Positions 32,668-43,979 of a stretch of 64,000 nucleotides of DNA are shown here, one piece after another (within the stretch, counting starts at the first letter, position 1; each line of letters begins with the position of its first letter). The translations under genes were made by a program, and so were the position numbers. The notes below the pieces were generated by a model. That model saw only the letters and a program-made list of their open reading frames with translations. It did not search any database and was not told the DNA's origin. The DNA lies in contig JAANOX010000142.1 in assembly GCA_020184695.1 (NCBI GenBank), positions 434,001 to 498,000 on the forward strand. Direction: 5' to 3'. The DNA is from Histomonas meleagridis 2922-C6/04-290x. Taxonomy: Eukaryota; Protista; Parabasalia.

Positions 32668-32901
32668 TTTTTAAAAAAATAATATAAAAATTACAATAAT
32701 GAAAAGCATTTTTCACATAATCAGTTATTATAGAAAATATTTTTATTTTTGAGATGAACCCAACTTGTTTCTCGCTATGAGGTTAATTTTATTAAAAATA
32801 TAAATAGTGGCTTTTTAAATAATAAATGAAACCCCAGAAACTTGACTTTTAATAAAATTAATTGCTTTGCAAAAAACATCGAAATAAAAAATCACTTATC
32901 T

Positions 32902-34097
32902 ATGAAAAAAACGTTTAACCTACACAAAATTTTACAGTAAAAAATAATCAGATGGAAAAATTATTATTGCTCAAGAAAGAAATTTTTCATTTGAAAGAGG
33001 AAAGCGTTGATGAACTTATTCAATTTTTGCTAAATTTATTTGATATTCTTTTAATTATGTTATTAGCAAATTTGTATATTCAGCTTTCTCTTCACAATTC
33101 AAAGACACTAATGCTTATTTAAAATTCGTAAAAACAATTGAAACGAAAGAAGAAATTAAAGAAGAAAAATTCAATATCACTAATATTCCTACACAACTTC
33201 TTCTTAAATTGCATTCACAAGAATCATTTTATCTTCTTGATCAAATGATTGAACAGAAGCTTATTAGTATAAAAGATATTAAGGAAACAAAATCCTTATT
33301 TTTTGCACATTACATGTCGGAAAATGAGATTAATGAATGAAATCGAAGAGCACATTAAAGAACCTTCAAGTAATGATTGGGAACTTCATAAACAATTAAT
33401 TAAAGAAGGACATAATCCAAACGAAATTGCGAAAATAATTCGAAATGATGAAATAGAGTAATAATAACTTTTTCCTTTTGAATCATTTTATCGAATTAAA
33501 ATTGTTATCTAATGAATCTTTAATAATATTTTTAGGAATTTGATATATTGAATTTTTCAATTATATGAATAAACAAGAAAAAATTGATATTAATGCTAAA
33601 GACGATAATTTGTTTCATTTGGAATTCATAAATATAATTTAAAATTTCGAAATAATATTTGGAATATGTTCATATGATTTAATACAATATTTTTATATGC
33701 ATCTTCAAGAGGTAATATTGAATTAGTAAAATTTCTTCTCGAACAAAAAGAAATTGAAATTAATTATAAAAATAGTTTATTTTATTAAATAATATTTATT
33801 TTAATATTTTAATGTTTTGATATGATATTTAATATTCCTTTAAAACATTTATAACAGCACTTCTATGGGCATCTTTTAATGAGAATTACGAAGTTGCTAA
33901 ATTACTTCTTGAGCAAGAAGGGATTGATGTAAATGCATATGATGTTTGTTTGTTTTATTTAATATTTATTTTTGTAATTTGATATTTGGAAAATATATAA
34001 AATATTTGAAACAGCACTTATCTTTGCATCCGGAAAAGGTCATGCAGAAATAGTGAAATTACTTCTTAAACAAAATGATATTAAATTAATTTATTGA
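32902..34097 (+). pseudogene. Decayed paralogue of the 6003 ankyrin gene, including three ankyrin modules preceded by 80/80/67-nt spacers
   Basis: SQESFYLLDQM...FFAHYMS and NDWELHKQLIKEGHNPNEIAKIIRND match ORF 6003, with stops, frameshifts and a large internal deletion. Modules start at 33684, 33854 and 34011. Confidence 0.85.
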
Positions 34098-35121
34098 AGT
34101 TTGAGGTACTCAATATTTTAACAGTTAATGTGAAAATTTGTGAATCCCTACATCAAAGTTTCCAATGATACATTTTGCTTGCATTATCTGAATGATGTAT
34201 TACCAATGGGTTCTGGACATTTTTTAAATATAATCAATTAATATCGTTTCAAGTATTTTATTAAATTTTCTGAAAATTCATTTTATCAATACCTTCTACG
34301 AATTGTAATGGTTTAATGAATGTAATTCAACAAATTTTCAGGTTATTGAATTAGCATTATATAGAAAGTGCTGCATCTTGTTTGTTTGAAAAGCAGATAA
34401 TTTAATTAAATCAAATTTGACCAAATAAACTATTCAATTATATTTTGTTTATTTGACACTTTTTTGATGTGATTTTAAACATCAAATTAGTAAATTAATT
34501 TTATGTAAAGGAAAATAGAACTGTTCCAATACTTATTTAAAGATAAAGAAATGAAGAGGTTCGTTAAAAATGTTTGTCATTGGACTATCATTTTAAAAAA
34601 TAATTTGGATCGATTTAATTTCCTTAAAATTATTTATTCTATTCTAATTTTGATTATAAAATTATTATAGAACATTTTTATTCTTTATCTTCAATATTTG
34701 TCTTGGACTTTCAAACCATCAAAAATGATTTATATACAGTTTTATATCGAATTGTTAAACAAATTTTAATTTATAAAAATAGAAAATTCTTAAAATATAA
34801 AACTGGATATTAGACAATTACAAATTAAAGTTAATCCGATAAATTTGCCATTTCAAATTGGGTTTCACATTGCTTAAATGGTATAATAGATTTAGGTTCA
34901 CATTGTTTTATTCAAGGAAAAATCATTTCCTATCAGTGTGTGGCATGTATTTCTTTCTTTAATTTTTGCAACATTTTTTTCAAAAATATCATATCAAACA
35001 AATGACTTCCAATTGATATAATTTTCATAAAGCCAATGATGTTATTCATAAGTTCCATATTGATATGTTAAAAATTTTTTAAATAAAATTTTATTCACGA
35101 ATTCAAATATATTACATCTAA

Positions 35122-38100
35122 TTACCACCACGGGCACCATCCGGAGAACATCTTTGACAAGTTCCCTATGTCTGTTGCCTCCTTAATGAGTCGATCGACT
35201 TGTTCATTTACAGATAGCGACACATTTTTCTCGAAGTCGTTACCGCTCAACTTCTGTTTGATTCTATCTATTATTTCCAGACTCGAACCGAATATTGCAT
35301 CGCAATGTAACAGCGGATCTGAAATGAAAGTCTCCAATAGTCCCAACACTAACTCATTATTCTCTCTCATTATATTCATCACAATTTCACAATAACTTCG
35401 AAAAGATCCCTCAATACCGGACACCTCCAAAGCGTTTGTCATGATTCTCGTCAATCTAAAAGGCACCAATTCGGGGAAATTCTGTCTTTTCCGTAAGACG
35501 TCGAAACAATCACCAAAATCGATATGTGTAATTTGAGCGTTTTGATTTAATATCATTATATTTTGTAAGTGTCGATCACCTAAACCTAAAATGTAACCAG
35601 AAATCGAAGTTACAGCTAATGATGCAGTATATTTTACTCTTTTTTGTAGCCAATCATTAGCATTCGCTGAATATTCTAACAAATAAGTTTTAATTTCATC
35701 GCAATTAGTGACTGATATCATATCTTTAAACACCGAAAGTTTTTTATCGATTGGAATTTCTTCATAAGAATTATAATCCTTTAAACATACTTTTAATTCG
35801 CAATTAATAGGTATTGAAGTTTTACTTCTTTGTCGTTTAATTAGTTCAAATAATGTCATACAATTAGGGATCCAACCGATTAATCCAACTTTCGAAGTTA
35901 ATGGTAACACTGGATAAGTTTTTATATTTAATGTTTGATCTAATGAATTTGATATTATCTTAAATAATTGCATAACACGTTCATCTAAACGTGTATCTTC
36001 ATTTGGCTTTAATAAGAACAAATAATCGATACCATTACTACCTTTAATCGATATTTTACGAGGTCTTTGTTTCGAATGCATTACAGGTATTATCGGATTT
36101 AATGAGTTTATAGTTATTAATTCATTATAATTACAATTATATAATCCTGGCACTAATAAATTAGTGTTATTTAAACAATATAATAATGGTGATAAATCTT
36201 CTAAATTTAATTCAAAGATTTCCGATAAAAATGTTCGAATATGTTTAAAGATAATTACATAATTATTCCAACTTTGATGGAAATCAATCATGTCATTACT
36301 TTTAGAATAACGTTGTAACCATTTATAAGATTCTTTTAATAATGTTGAATAACTTGATTTAAATAACACTTCAAAAACTGTTTCTGGTTCTCGTTGAATT
36401 TTCTCATGTAATGGCATTAATAATTCAATTGTCTTCTTAGGATTATTACGTAATACATATTCACGTGATGCTTCATCAATAGCTTGATACCATTCTTCAT
36501 GCCATATTTGTGCTATACGCATTAATTCATCAGAGAATGTTAAAGTTTCAGTAACTAATGATGGGAAATCTCTACGTAATTTCTCAATTAAATTCGAAGC
36601 TATTTTTTGTTTGATTACAAATTGTGATTTATATGGAACTATTAATGAATATAATACTGAATGTGGATGTCGTTTACCAATTAACATAATTAATTTATGA
36701 ATAGCTTTCATTAATAATGGATCTTGACATTCAAGTCGTGCTATAATTTGTGGTAATAATTGGACCCAAACATTAGTATCAATTTCATTCATTTTATTAA
36801 TTAATTGATCATAAATTTCTTTTGAGCCATATTGGAATAATATAGTAATAGAACGTAATGCAAATTGTAATGAATTTTTCGAATTTAATTTTAACCCATT
36901 TAAAATAGCATTAAATGATGTTATTAAATATTGATTATCTTTAGTCCTTTCAAACTCAATGAAATTAATTTTAGACCAATAATGATAAGGTTTTGTAGTT
37001 TTAGGATTTTCATTAATAACATCTTGAAATATTTTTAATGATTTTTGTATATCACCTATTTCAAAATACCATTTACCTAATGTAGTATTTAATTTAGGTC
37101 GAGTTTTAATTAAATCTTTTAATAATTTAATGGATTCTTTAATTTTCCCATCATAACGTTGGATTCTACATTTAGCAAAAATTACATCTGGATCATTTTG
37201 ATCTAATTTATTAATAATAATCTTTGCTAATTGTGTAAAGCCTTGTTTTCGTGTTTTATGTAAAAAGCGTAAATAATAAGGCTTCATTTCTTCTTTCGTT
37301 AATATTAATTCTTTGACTAATAATGAATTAAACATACCACTTGATGAACCAGACATTTCATGAAATCGTAAATCCCATGAATTTAATATTCGTTTAATTT
37401 CTAATTCTGATTTCATTCTTTCATTAGGTACTGGTGATAATTTTTGTTCTTCTAATTTACGTATTATTATTACATCTTCTAATTCCTTTAAATTTGATAA
37501 TTGACATAATGTTAAAAATGCTCTTTCATAATCATTTTGTATTGCTGAAAACAATTCTTTACTTATTGATTCTCTTAAATTCTTTATATATTTCTTTGCA
37601 TTTTTATAATCTTTTTTATATATATAATAATAACTTTTGAAATATTTAATTGTATCTGAGATATCATCATTAAGTTTAGTAATAATATTTTCAAATTTAT
37701 TCATTTCTAATAAATGTAATGTAGCAGAAGCACTAAATTCAGATATTTCATCTTTACATATTTCATATAAATCTAAATAACGACCTAAATTATTTAAACT
37801 TCGTTTCTTACCTATTAAATATTCATTATTATTAGGTTCTTTTAATAATTTGTTCTCATAATATTGATATGTTTCTTCCCAATGCCCTAATCGATTAGCT
37901 AAATTAACACTTTGGAAGTCTGATATTCCTTGAATTTCTGCACATCTTAATATACCATTAGCTGCTAAAGGTAAACCTAAAGTTTGATATAAGAAAACTA
38001 AATGTTCAATAGCACGTTTTGGTAATTTCTCAAATAAATGTTCATAAAATCGTAAGCTTTGATGTAATTGATTAGTTTTAAGTGCTTTATCAGCTAAAAT

Positions 38101-41100
38101 TTCCCAATCAATAATTATAGGGAATCCTACAATTTCTAAATATTCATATACAGAGATAAACATTCGTAAAACATTATTAGGTATATTAGTAGCTGCTAAT
38201 ACTGTCATTAAAACTATATCAATAACATTTGATACATCTTTTAAGATAACTTCACATAATGCAAATGTTATAGGAAATAATGAATGTCGTACATTAATAT
38301 CTTGTTCAGATAATGGTAAACATGCATTAATAGCTTTAGATTGTGATGTAGATAAGAATATAGAAATAATTTCTTCAAGCCAATTATTCCATTCATAAGC
38401 TTCCCATTCTACTCGTGGCATCTTAAATTCGGGTAAAACTGTTGAAGCTTTAAATGTTAAATGTTTAGTTTGAGTTTTCTTTTGTTTATTATGATTTATA
38501 ACTCCATATTTAGCTACTATTTGTTGAGGAAATTCGACTTTCATAGCAATAGTTTTAATTAATAAATTAAATTCTGTTTGTTCTTCAACATTAAATGAAG
38601 AATAAATTTCGGGTAAATATATAAAAAAATTCTCTCGAAGTTGATAAGCTAATGCACTAATAATTAACATTGATTTCTCAATGTATAATGGGTTTTGTGA
38701 TACAATTAATTCTAATGTACGTAATATTTCACTACAATATTTAGAACCATCACAATTAATTAATATTAACTTGAACTTAAATAATGAATCATTTAATACA
38801 TCTACATTATCTACTTGTGTTTCAATCCATGATAAAAATGCCGGAATTACTAAATAATCAACTGATCTTAATAATGAACCAAAAGAACTTATAGAATTAA
38901 AAATATTATTAACAATTTCAGGTGAAAATAATGATAAATTTGAAACTAACATTGTCGTAACTTTTTGGACATATAATTTAAATATATCATTAACTATTAA
39001 ACATATCCATTCTATAGCTCTTATTAAATAAGCCATATCAATTTGTCCCCAATTTGAACCAATGAAATCTAAAACAGATGGAATTAAAGCTTTAATTTTT
39101 GAGCCAAAGATAATCATTAAAGCTGGAATATTATGTACTATAATATTCATTGAAGTTTTACTAATTATTATTATTTTCGATATAATAATTTCTTCAATAG
39201 TTTCATTTAAATGTGGTATACTTTTTAATATAGTAATTAATGAATCTATAGCTTGTGAATGTAATGATATTAATGATTCATCACTCATTATATCTAAAAT
39301 TATAGATAATGAGATAGATATTGAATAATTAACTAATGATGTTAATTGTATTGAACCTATATCAGTTACAAATATCATTCCATTAAATGAATACATTGAA
39401 TCATTATTACCTGATGTTAATGAATTAACTGTTTTAACTTTTATTGCTCCAATTTCACTATAAACATCATATAACTTATTTAATACTTGTGGATCATCAG
39501 AATTTGCAGATAATTCGATTAATCTTAAGAATAATTGTGAATATTCATTTGCAATTTTTTCACGTAATTTTGTAAATTTTATTAATATTTGTAATAATGT
39601 TAATGATGAACAAATACGATTTAATGATGAATGAGTTCTAAGTGATAATAATAAATGTTGTACTAATAATGATAAATCAAAATTAGGTGCAATTGGTATT
39701 AATTTCGTTAATAATTGTAATGATATTGATGATAAGACAGGCATTCCTAATAATCTTTTCGTTAAAAATGAAGCAAATGATGTTAATAATGAAGAATGTG
39801 TTTCCGAAATGATTAATAATGATAATATGAAATATTTATCAAATGTATCACTATTCTTTAAATATCGGACAATTTCAGCGATATATTGGGTAATATATGG
39901 ACGTGCTGAATTGATTTGACATAAATGTCTTAACGCTTCAGCGCCAATATTACGTTCTCGATCATGATAAAGTGATACTAATGGTTGTATTAAGTAATCA
40001 CTATTCTTTGTCGGAGTAATGTTTTTAATGACATAATATCGTAACTTTTCACTTGGTTCAAATCCGACAAAACATAAAAGTCGGACTTGTATCGAAGGAA
40101 ATAAGTTTTGTAATGATATTAAGAACTTTGCACATGACATTCGTACTTTAAAATTAGTATCATTTAATCCGGTACTTAAATGTAATAATAAGTTTTCCGA
40201 AATTTCTCTTTTCCCAAATTTACATAATCGTAATGATTTATATCCGATGACTACTAAAGAATTATCTTTCGTTGATGATTTATCTAATGCCATTGTAGTT
40301 AATGTCGAAAAAATTCGTTTCTTTAAAGCGGCCGTTTTAAGCGGCCACATTTTGATGAATTTATTTAAACCTTTGATTACTAATAATGATAAACTTCGTG
40401 AAAATATTAAATCAATGACTGACTTTAATTCAGGATATAATGGTGACATTAATGATAATGCTGCATATATTGCTTCATCACCACTAATATTATTTACTAT
40501 AAATGTACACATTCGTTTAACTGATTCTTCATGATCAGCATGTAACTTATTACCAATTAAAAATGATAAGTTACCTATAGATATAAATAATTGTTTCCGT
40601 CGTTCTGGTTGTTGTACGATTAACTCCTCATAAATCTGAAATAAAGTTTTCAAATGAACTTTTTCAAATAAATCGGGTGAACAGATATAAATTAATGGCA
40701 AAATAATTTGAGTGATTTGTGACGTAGCTAATGTACTAACGGGTAAATCTATAAAATGAAATAAACGCGCAAACTCTGGATGTTTTTCACATACATCAAA
40801 TAATGAATTGATGGTTTCGATTTTAAAATTTTGATTAATTAATCGTTTGGTTAAAGCATTAAATAATGGCTTGAGATGTGACCTATATGCTGTGTTGGCT
40901 AATAGCATCGCGGACTTAAGGACATGAATGGCCATATTACTGATCGACGGTGATGGATTTTCAATGGAACTCAAAAATATTTGATGAAGATTCTCAAAAT
41001 TCGAATCTAATGAAGCAGGAAAACGTCGAAGAAATATATCAAGTAAACATAACGCGGAAAAAATTCCAGAATTATTTTGAGATGATGAAAAGTTTGTAAT

Positions 41101-41550
41101 GTTCTCACGTAAAGGTTGTAAAATTAAATGGAATGAAGAGCCTAAGGATTTGGATAACCAACATAATATATTTTCTAAGGTTTTCCATACATTAATATTT
41201 TCAGATGCTGGCATTGTTGGAATATCTCTTGCAATTCTATTTGCCTTCGAAGCCTTATTTCCTAAGTCAACCTTTGCTAAAGCATAATTTAAAGTTACAT
41301 AATGTAATGGATTATTTAATTGTGCTAAGGATAGAGAATAAAAAAGATCATTAAGAAATGATGTTTCTTCGTTTCCAATAGAAGCTGCTAAATATTGACT
41401 ATGAACAAATTTTTGAAATGTTGTAATAGCAAAAAGAAATTGTTTAGATTCTAAGTCGTCGCAAGCTTCTATAACATCATTTATATATGTGTGTAAGGAT
41501 GGTTTTGTAATTTCGGAAGTATTCATGTATAATTTAATGCTTTTTTTCAT
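35122..41550 (-). CDS. TOR: Target of rapamycin (TOR)-family PIKK kinase
   Basis: HEAT repeats, FAT, FRB (RIAQIWHEEWYQAIDEASREY), kinase (FLLKPNEDTRLDERVMQLF, GYILGLGDRHLQN, HIDFGDCF, PELVPFRLTR) and FATC (LSKMFSGWCPWW). Confidence 0.95.
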   Translation of the reverse strand: MKKSIKLYMNTSEITKPSLHTYINDVIEACDDLESKQFLFAITTFQKFVHSQYLAASIGNEETSFLNDLFYSLSLAQLNNPLHYVTLNYALAKVDLGNKASKANRIARDIPTMPASENINVWKTLENILCWLSKSLGSSFHLILQPLRENITNFSSSQNNSGIFSALCLLDIFLRRFPASLDSNFENLHQIFLSSIENPSPSISNMAIHVLKSAMLLANTAYRSHLKPLFNALTKRLINQNFKIETINSLFDVCEKHPEFARLFHFIDLPVSTLATSQITQIILPLIYICSPDLFEKVHLKTLFQIYEELIVQQPERRKQLFISIGNLSFLIGNKLHADHEESVKRMCTFIVNNISGDEAIYAALSLMSPLYPELKSVIDLIFSRSLSLLVIKGLNKFIKMWPLKTAALKKRIFSTLTTMALDKSSTKDNSLVVIGYKSLRLCKFGKREISENLLLHLSTGLNDTNFKVRMSCAKFLISLQNLFPSIQVRLLCFVGFEPSEKLRYYVIKNITPTKNSDYLIQPLVSLYHDRERNIGAEALRHLCQINSARPYITQYIAEIVRYLKNSDTFDKYFILSLLIISETHSSLLTSFASFLTKRLLGMPVLSSISLQLLTKLIPIAPNFDLSLLVQHLLLSLRTHSSLNRICSSLTLLQILIKFTKLREKIANEYSQLFLRLIELSANSDDPQVLNKLYDVYSEIGAIKVKTVNSLTSGNNDSMYSFNGMIFVTDIGSIQLTSLVNYSISISLSIILDIMSDESLISLHSQAIDSLITILKSIPHLNETIEEIIISKIIIISKTSMNIIVHNIPALMIIFGSKIKALIPSVLDFIGSNWGQIDMAYLIRAIEWICLIVNDIFKLYVQKVTTMLVSNLSLFSPEIVNNIFNSISSFGSLLRSVDYLVIPAFLSWIETQVDNVDVLNDSLFKFKLILINCDGSKYCSEILRTLELIVSQNPLYIEKSMLIISALAYQLRENFFIYLPEIYSSFNVEEQTEFNLLIKTIAMKVEFPQQIVAKYGVINHNKQKKTQTKHLTFKASTVLPEFKMPRVEWEAYEWNNWLEEIISIFLSTSQSKAINACLPLSEQDINVRHSLFPITFALCEVILKDVSNVIDIVLMTVLAATNIPNNVLRMFISVYEYLEIVGFPIIIDWEILADKALKTNQLHQSLRFYEHLFEKLPKRAIEHLVFLYQTLGLPLAANGILRCAEIQGISDFQSVNLANRLGHWEETYQYYENKLLKEPNNNEYLIGKKRSLNNLGRYLDLYEICKDEISEFSASATLHLLEMNKFENIITKLNDDISDTIKYFKSYYYIYKKDYKNAKKYIKNLRESISKELFSAIQNDYERAFLTLCQLSNLKELEDVIIIRKLEEQKLSPVPNERMKSELEIKRILNSWDLRFHEMSGSSSGMFNSLLVKELILTKEEMKPYYLRFLHKTRKQGFTQLAKIIINKLDQNDPDVIFAKCRIQRYDGKIKESIKLLKDLIKTRPKLNTTLGKWYFEIGDIQKSLKIFQDVINENPKTTKPYHYWSKINFIEFERTKDNQYLITSFNAILNGLKLNSKNSLQFALRSITILFQYGSKEIYDQLINKMNEIDTNVWVQLLPQIIARLECQDPLLMKAIHKLIMLIGKRHPHSVLYSLIVPYKSQFVIKQKIASNLIEKLRRDFPSLVTETLTFSDELMRIAQIWHEEWYQAIDEASREYVLRNNPKKTIELLMPLHEKIQREPETVFEVLFKSSYSTLLKESYKWLQRYSKSNDMIDFHQSWNNYVIIFKHIRTFLSEIFELNLEDLSPLLYCLNNTNLLVPGLYNCNYNELITINSLNPIIPVMHSKQRPRKISIKGSNGIDYLFLLKPNEDTRLDERVMQLFKIISNSLDQTLNIKTYPVLPLTSKVGLIGWIPNCMTLFELIKRQRSKTSIPINCELKVCLKDYNSYEEIPIDKKLSVFKDMISVTNCDEIKTYLLEYSANANDWLQKRVKYTASLAVTSISGYILGLGDRHLQNIMILNQNAQITHIDFGDCFDVLRKRQNFPELVPFRLTRIMTNALEVSGIEGSFRSYCEIVMNIMRENNELVLGLLETFISDPLLHCDAIFGSSLEIIDRIKQKLSGNDFEKNVSLSVNEQVDRLIKEATDIGNLSKMFSGWCPWW

Positions 41551-41650
41551 ACTTTATGAGTTGTCAATAACGAAATAAACCATTGAATTCGATAATATCA
41601 TCACAAATGTACGGTTATAGAATTTTTTGTATGTTTATTTACCGTTAATA

Positions 41651-41724
41651 AATTTACCAAACAAAGTATGTCAAATAATTTGCCAAACAAAGCTTGTCAA
41701 ATAATTATCGCATCAAGCTTGATG
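41651..41724. repeat. 26-bp direct repeat (x2) plus 14-bp perfect palindrome in the divergent TOR/41743 intergenic region
   Basis: aatttaccaaacaaagtatgtcaaat (41651-41676), aatttgccaaacaaagcttgtcaaat (41677-41702) and catcaagcttgatg (41711-41724). Confidence 0.8.
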
Positions 41725-41742
41725 TTGAAATTAATATTTTAA

Positions 41743-43581
41743 ATGTCTTTATCATTCGCAGCTGTCATTGCTCAATCAGCACCTATTACAGATGAGGCCT
41801 TTTGGAATCAATTCTCAAATACAGGAAAACTTGATGGAAAGTTAACATTAAAATCAAAACAAAAATTAGCAGATGCATTAAAATTTGCTTTAAATGAAGA
41901 AAATAAGGATTATATGCAAATCATTGTTAATTGGTTAATGTGTTTTTCTAAGTTTCCAAACTTTTTAAAAAACTTTACAAAATCAGATCAAACATTTTAT
42001 TCTTCATTATCATCATTTACAAACCATATATTAAATTTAAATGATGAAAATAAGAAATTGAAACAAGACTTAATAATTTCATTAGATAATATCTTAAAAA
42101 TAGATTCAGTTTTAAAGAATGAAATATTATCTTCAATTTCAGACACAATAATTCAAATGCTAAAAAATGAAGAAGATAATGAAATAATTAGTTTAGGATT
42201 AAAATTAATATTTAATAATCTTCAAAATAATCCATTAATGACAAATGTCATTAATAGTAAAGTTAATTTATTTATTCAATGTATTAAAAAATGTAAATAT
42301 CCAAAATTACAATTACAATTTTTAAACATTTTATGGATTATTCAAGCAAAAACTAATCAATATTCATTTATTCATACTGATGATCAACAATTTCTTTCAA
42401 CTATACATAAAATTCTATTAAAAAGTAACAATGGAAAAGATAATTTTATTATAACATTATCATTTAATTCCATAACTTTATTTGATGGTACTAAAGCAGG
42501 AAATGGTTATATTGATATTGGCATTGATGATCTTTTAATATGTTTTAATGAACAAATTATTCCATTACACTTTGAAGCAATTGATGGTTTAGATTCAGAA
42601 GACAAAATGATAACAATAATAATTAATAAATCATATGAAGAATTTGGTACAAATCCACAAAACATTATCATTGAATTAGAAACTAAACCAAAGCCGAAAT
42701 TCATTTCATTTTTATTTTCTCGGATTTCACATGGAGAATCTCAAAGTCAAATGAATGAATATTCTGAATCTTCATCTGAAGAAATTGAAAAACCAAAAAC
42801 CAAACCAAAACCAAAAGCTAAACCACCGAAATCATCAATTGCTTTATTCCTTCATCCAGACAGTCAAAAGTCTACACAAATAATTGACGAATGTTTATTT
42901 TCTGAAGAAATCAAAGAAGAGAATGAACCACCATCAATGACAATCGAAGAAAATAACCAAATGTATAATGAAGAAGAGAAAGAAATCGAATCTCCGCCAA
43001 TAATATCAATTGAAATGAATGAGAAAAGTACCGAATTCATTGAAAAAGAAAAAACTCAACAAGATAATATCCAAGAAGAGGAAGAAAAAGATAATTTCCT
43101 TGAAAGCCATATCAATCAAGTATTGGATAAAATTAACTCTGGAATTAATACACTGACACGTCAAAGACTTGAAATGGTTGATCATTTTGGCCAAAAACTG
43201 AATTCAATTGTCGATTCTTTACATGAAGATATTCGTACAACATTAAGAGATAGAGAACATGGATCCATTAAACAACTCGAAATATCGAAACAACAATTCC
43301 AAGCAAATCTTCAAAAGTTCAAAAGACAGGAGTCGCAAATGCAGCAAACATTAATTGGGTTTGAAAATGAAACACGTCAAATGTCTGAAAAAATAGTTAA
43401 CATACAGAAAACAATTCGTAATGAGCTCCAAAACCATAGAATTAATCTTGAGGAGGAACTAAAGCGCCTGAGGAAAATGATAAGGACGCAAGCCGACAAA
43501 AGCATTGAAGACGATGTTGAAGAATATGTTTACCAAAAACCTAAAACGAGGAATGTGAAACGAATTCCATTAATTATTTAA
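41743..43581 (+). CDS. Hypothetical protein: helical N-terminus, beta-rich (PH-like?) middle, acidic linker, C-terminal coiled coil
   Basis: 612-aa ORF; the architecture is read from composition only. Confidence 0.75.
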   Translation: MSLSFAAVIAQSAPITDEAFWNQFSNTGKLDGKLTLKSKQKLADALKFALNEENKDYMQIIVNWLMCFSKFPNFLKNFTKSDQTFYSSLSSFTNHILNLNDENKKLKQDLIISLDNILKIDSVLKNEILSSISDTIIQMLKNEEDNEIISLGLKLIFNNLQNNPLMTNVINSKVNLFIQCIKKCKYPKLQLQFLNILWIIQAKTNQYSFIHTDDQQFLSTIHKILLKSNNGKDNFIITLSFNSITLFDGTKAGNGYIDIGIDDLLICFNEQIIPLHFEAIDGLDSEDKMITIIINKSYEEFGTNPQNIIIELETKPKPKFISFLFSRISHGESQSQMNEYSESSSEEIEKPKTKPKPKAKPPKSSIALFLHPDSQKSTQIIDECLFSEEIKEENEPPSMTIEENNQMYNEEEKEIESPPIISIEMNEKSTEFIEKEKTQQDNIQEEEEKDNFLESHINQVLDKINSGINTLTRQRLEMVDHFGQKLNSIVDSLHEDIRTTLRDREHGSIKQLEISKQQFQANLQKFKRQESQMQQTLIGFENETRQMSEKIVNIQKTIRNELQNHRINLEEELKRLRKMIRTQADKSIEDDVEEYVYQKPKTRNVKRIPLII

Positions 43582-43880
43582 CTAAAGCTGAAAATTTTAT
43601 CATCAATAAATTTCATTACATTTCGCTGCTTCCGTCACGAGTTTTCACATCCATTCGATTTGAAGTAAAGCGGACAAAGAGCCGAAACTTTGCTGTGTGT
43701 TAAAGTTATTTGGAGAAGTTCAAACATGTGCAAAGAAGGCTCTGCAGGCTGAGCTGTCCTGCTTAGTGTTTCTGTTGTTGGAGAACAAAGAATAAAAAGC
43801 CAAACGAATAATTTTAGCAATCAAAATTCATAAAGCAAATGCTTGGATCGATTTCTCTTATAATTCCTAATTATTTTATA

Positions 43881-43974
43881 ATAGTATAATATATAAATAG
43901 TATAATATATAAATAGTATAATATATAAATAGTATAATATATAAATAGTATAATATATAAATAGTATAATATAT
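43881..43974. repeat. 16-bp minisatellite (atagtataatatataa) x~6, continuing at ~44787-44842
   Basis: Read directly from the sequence; same orientation on both sides of the TIR element. Confidence 0.95.
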
Positions 43975-43979
43975 GAATA

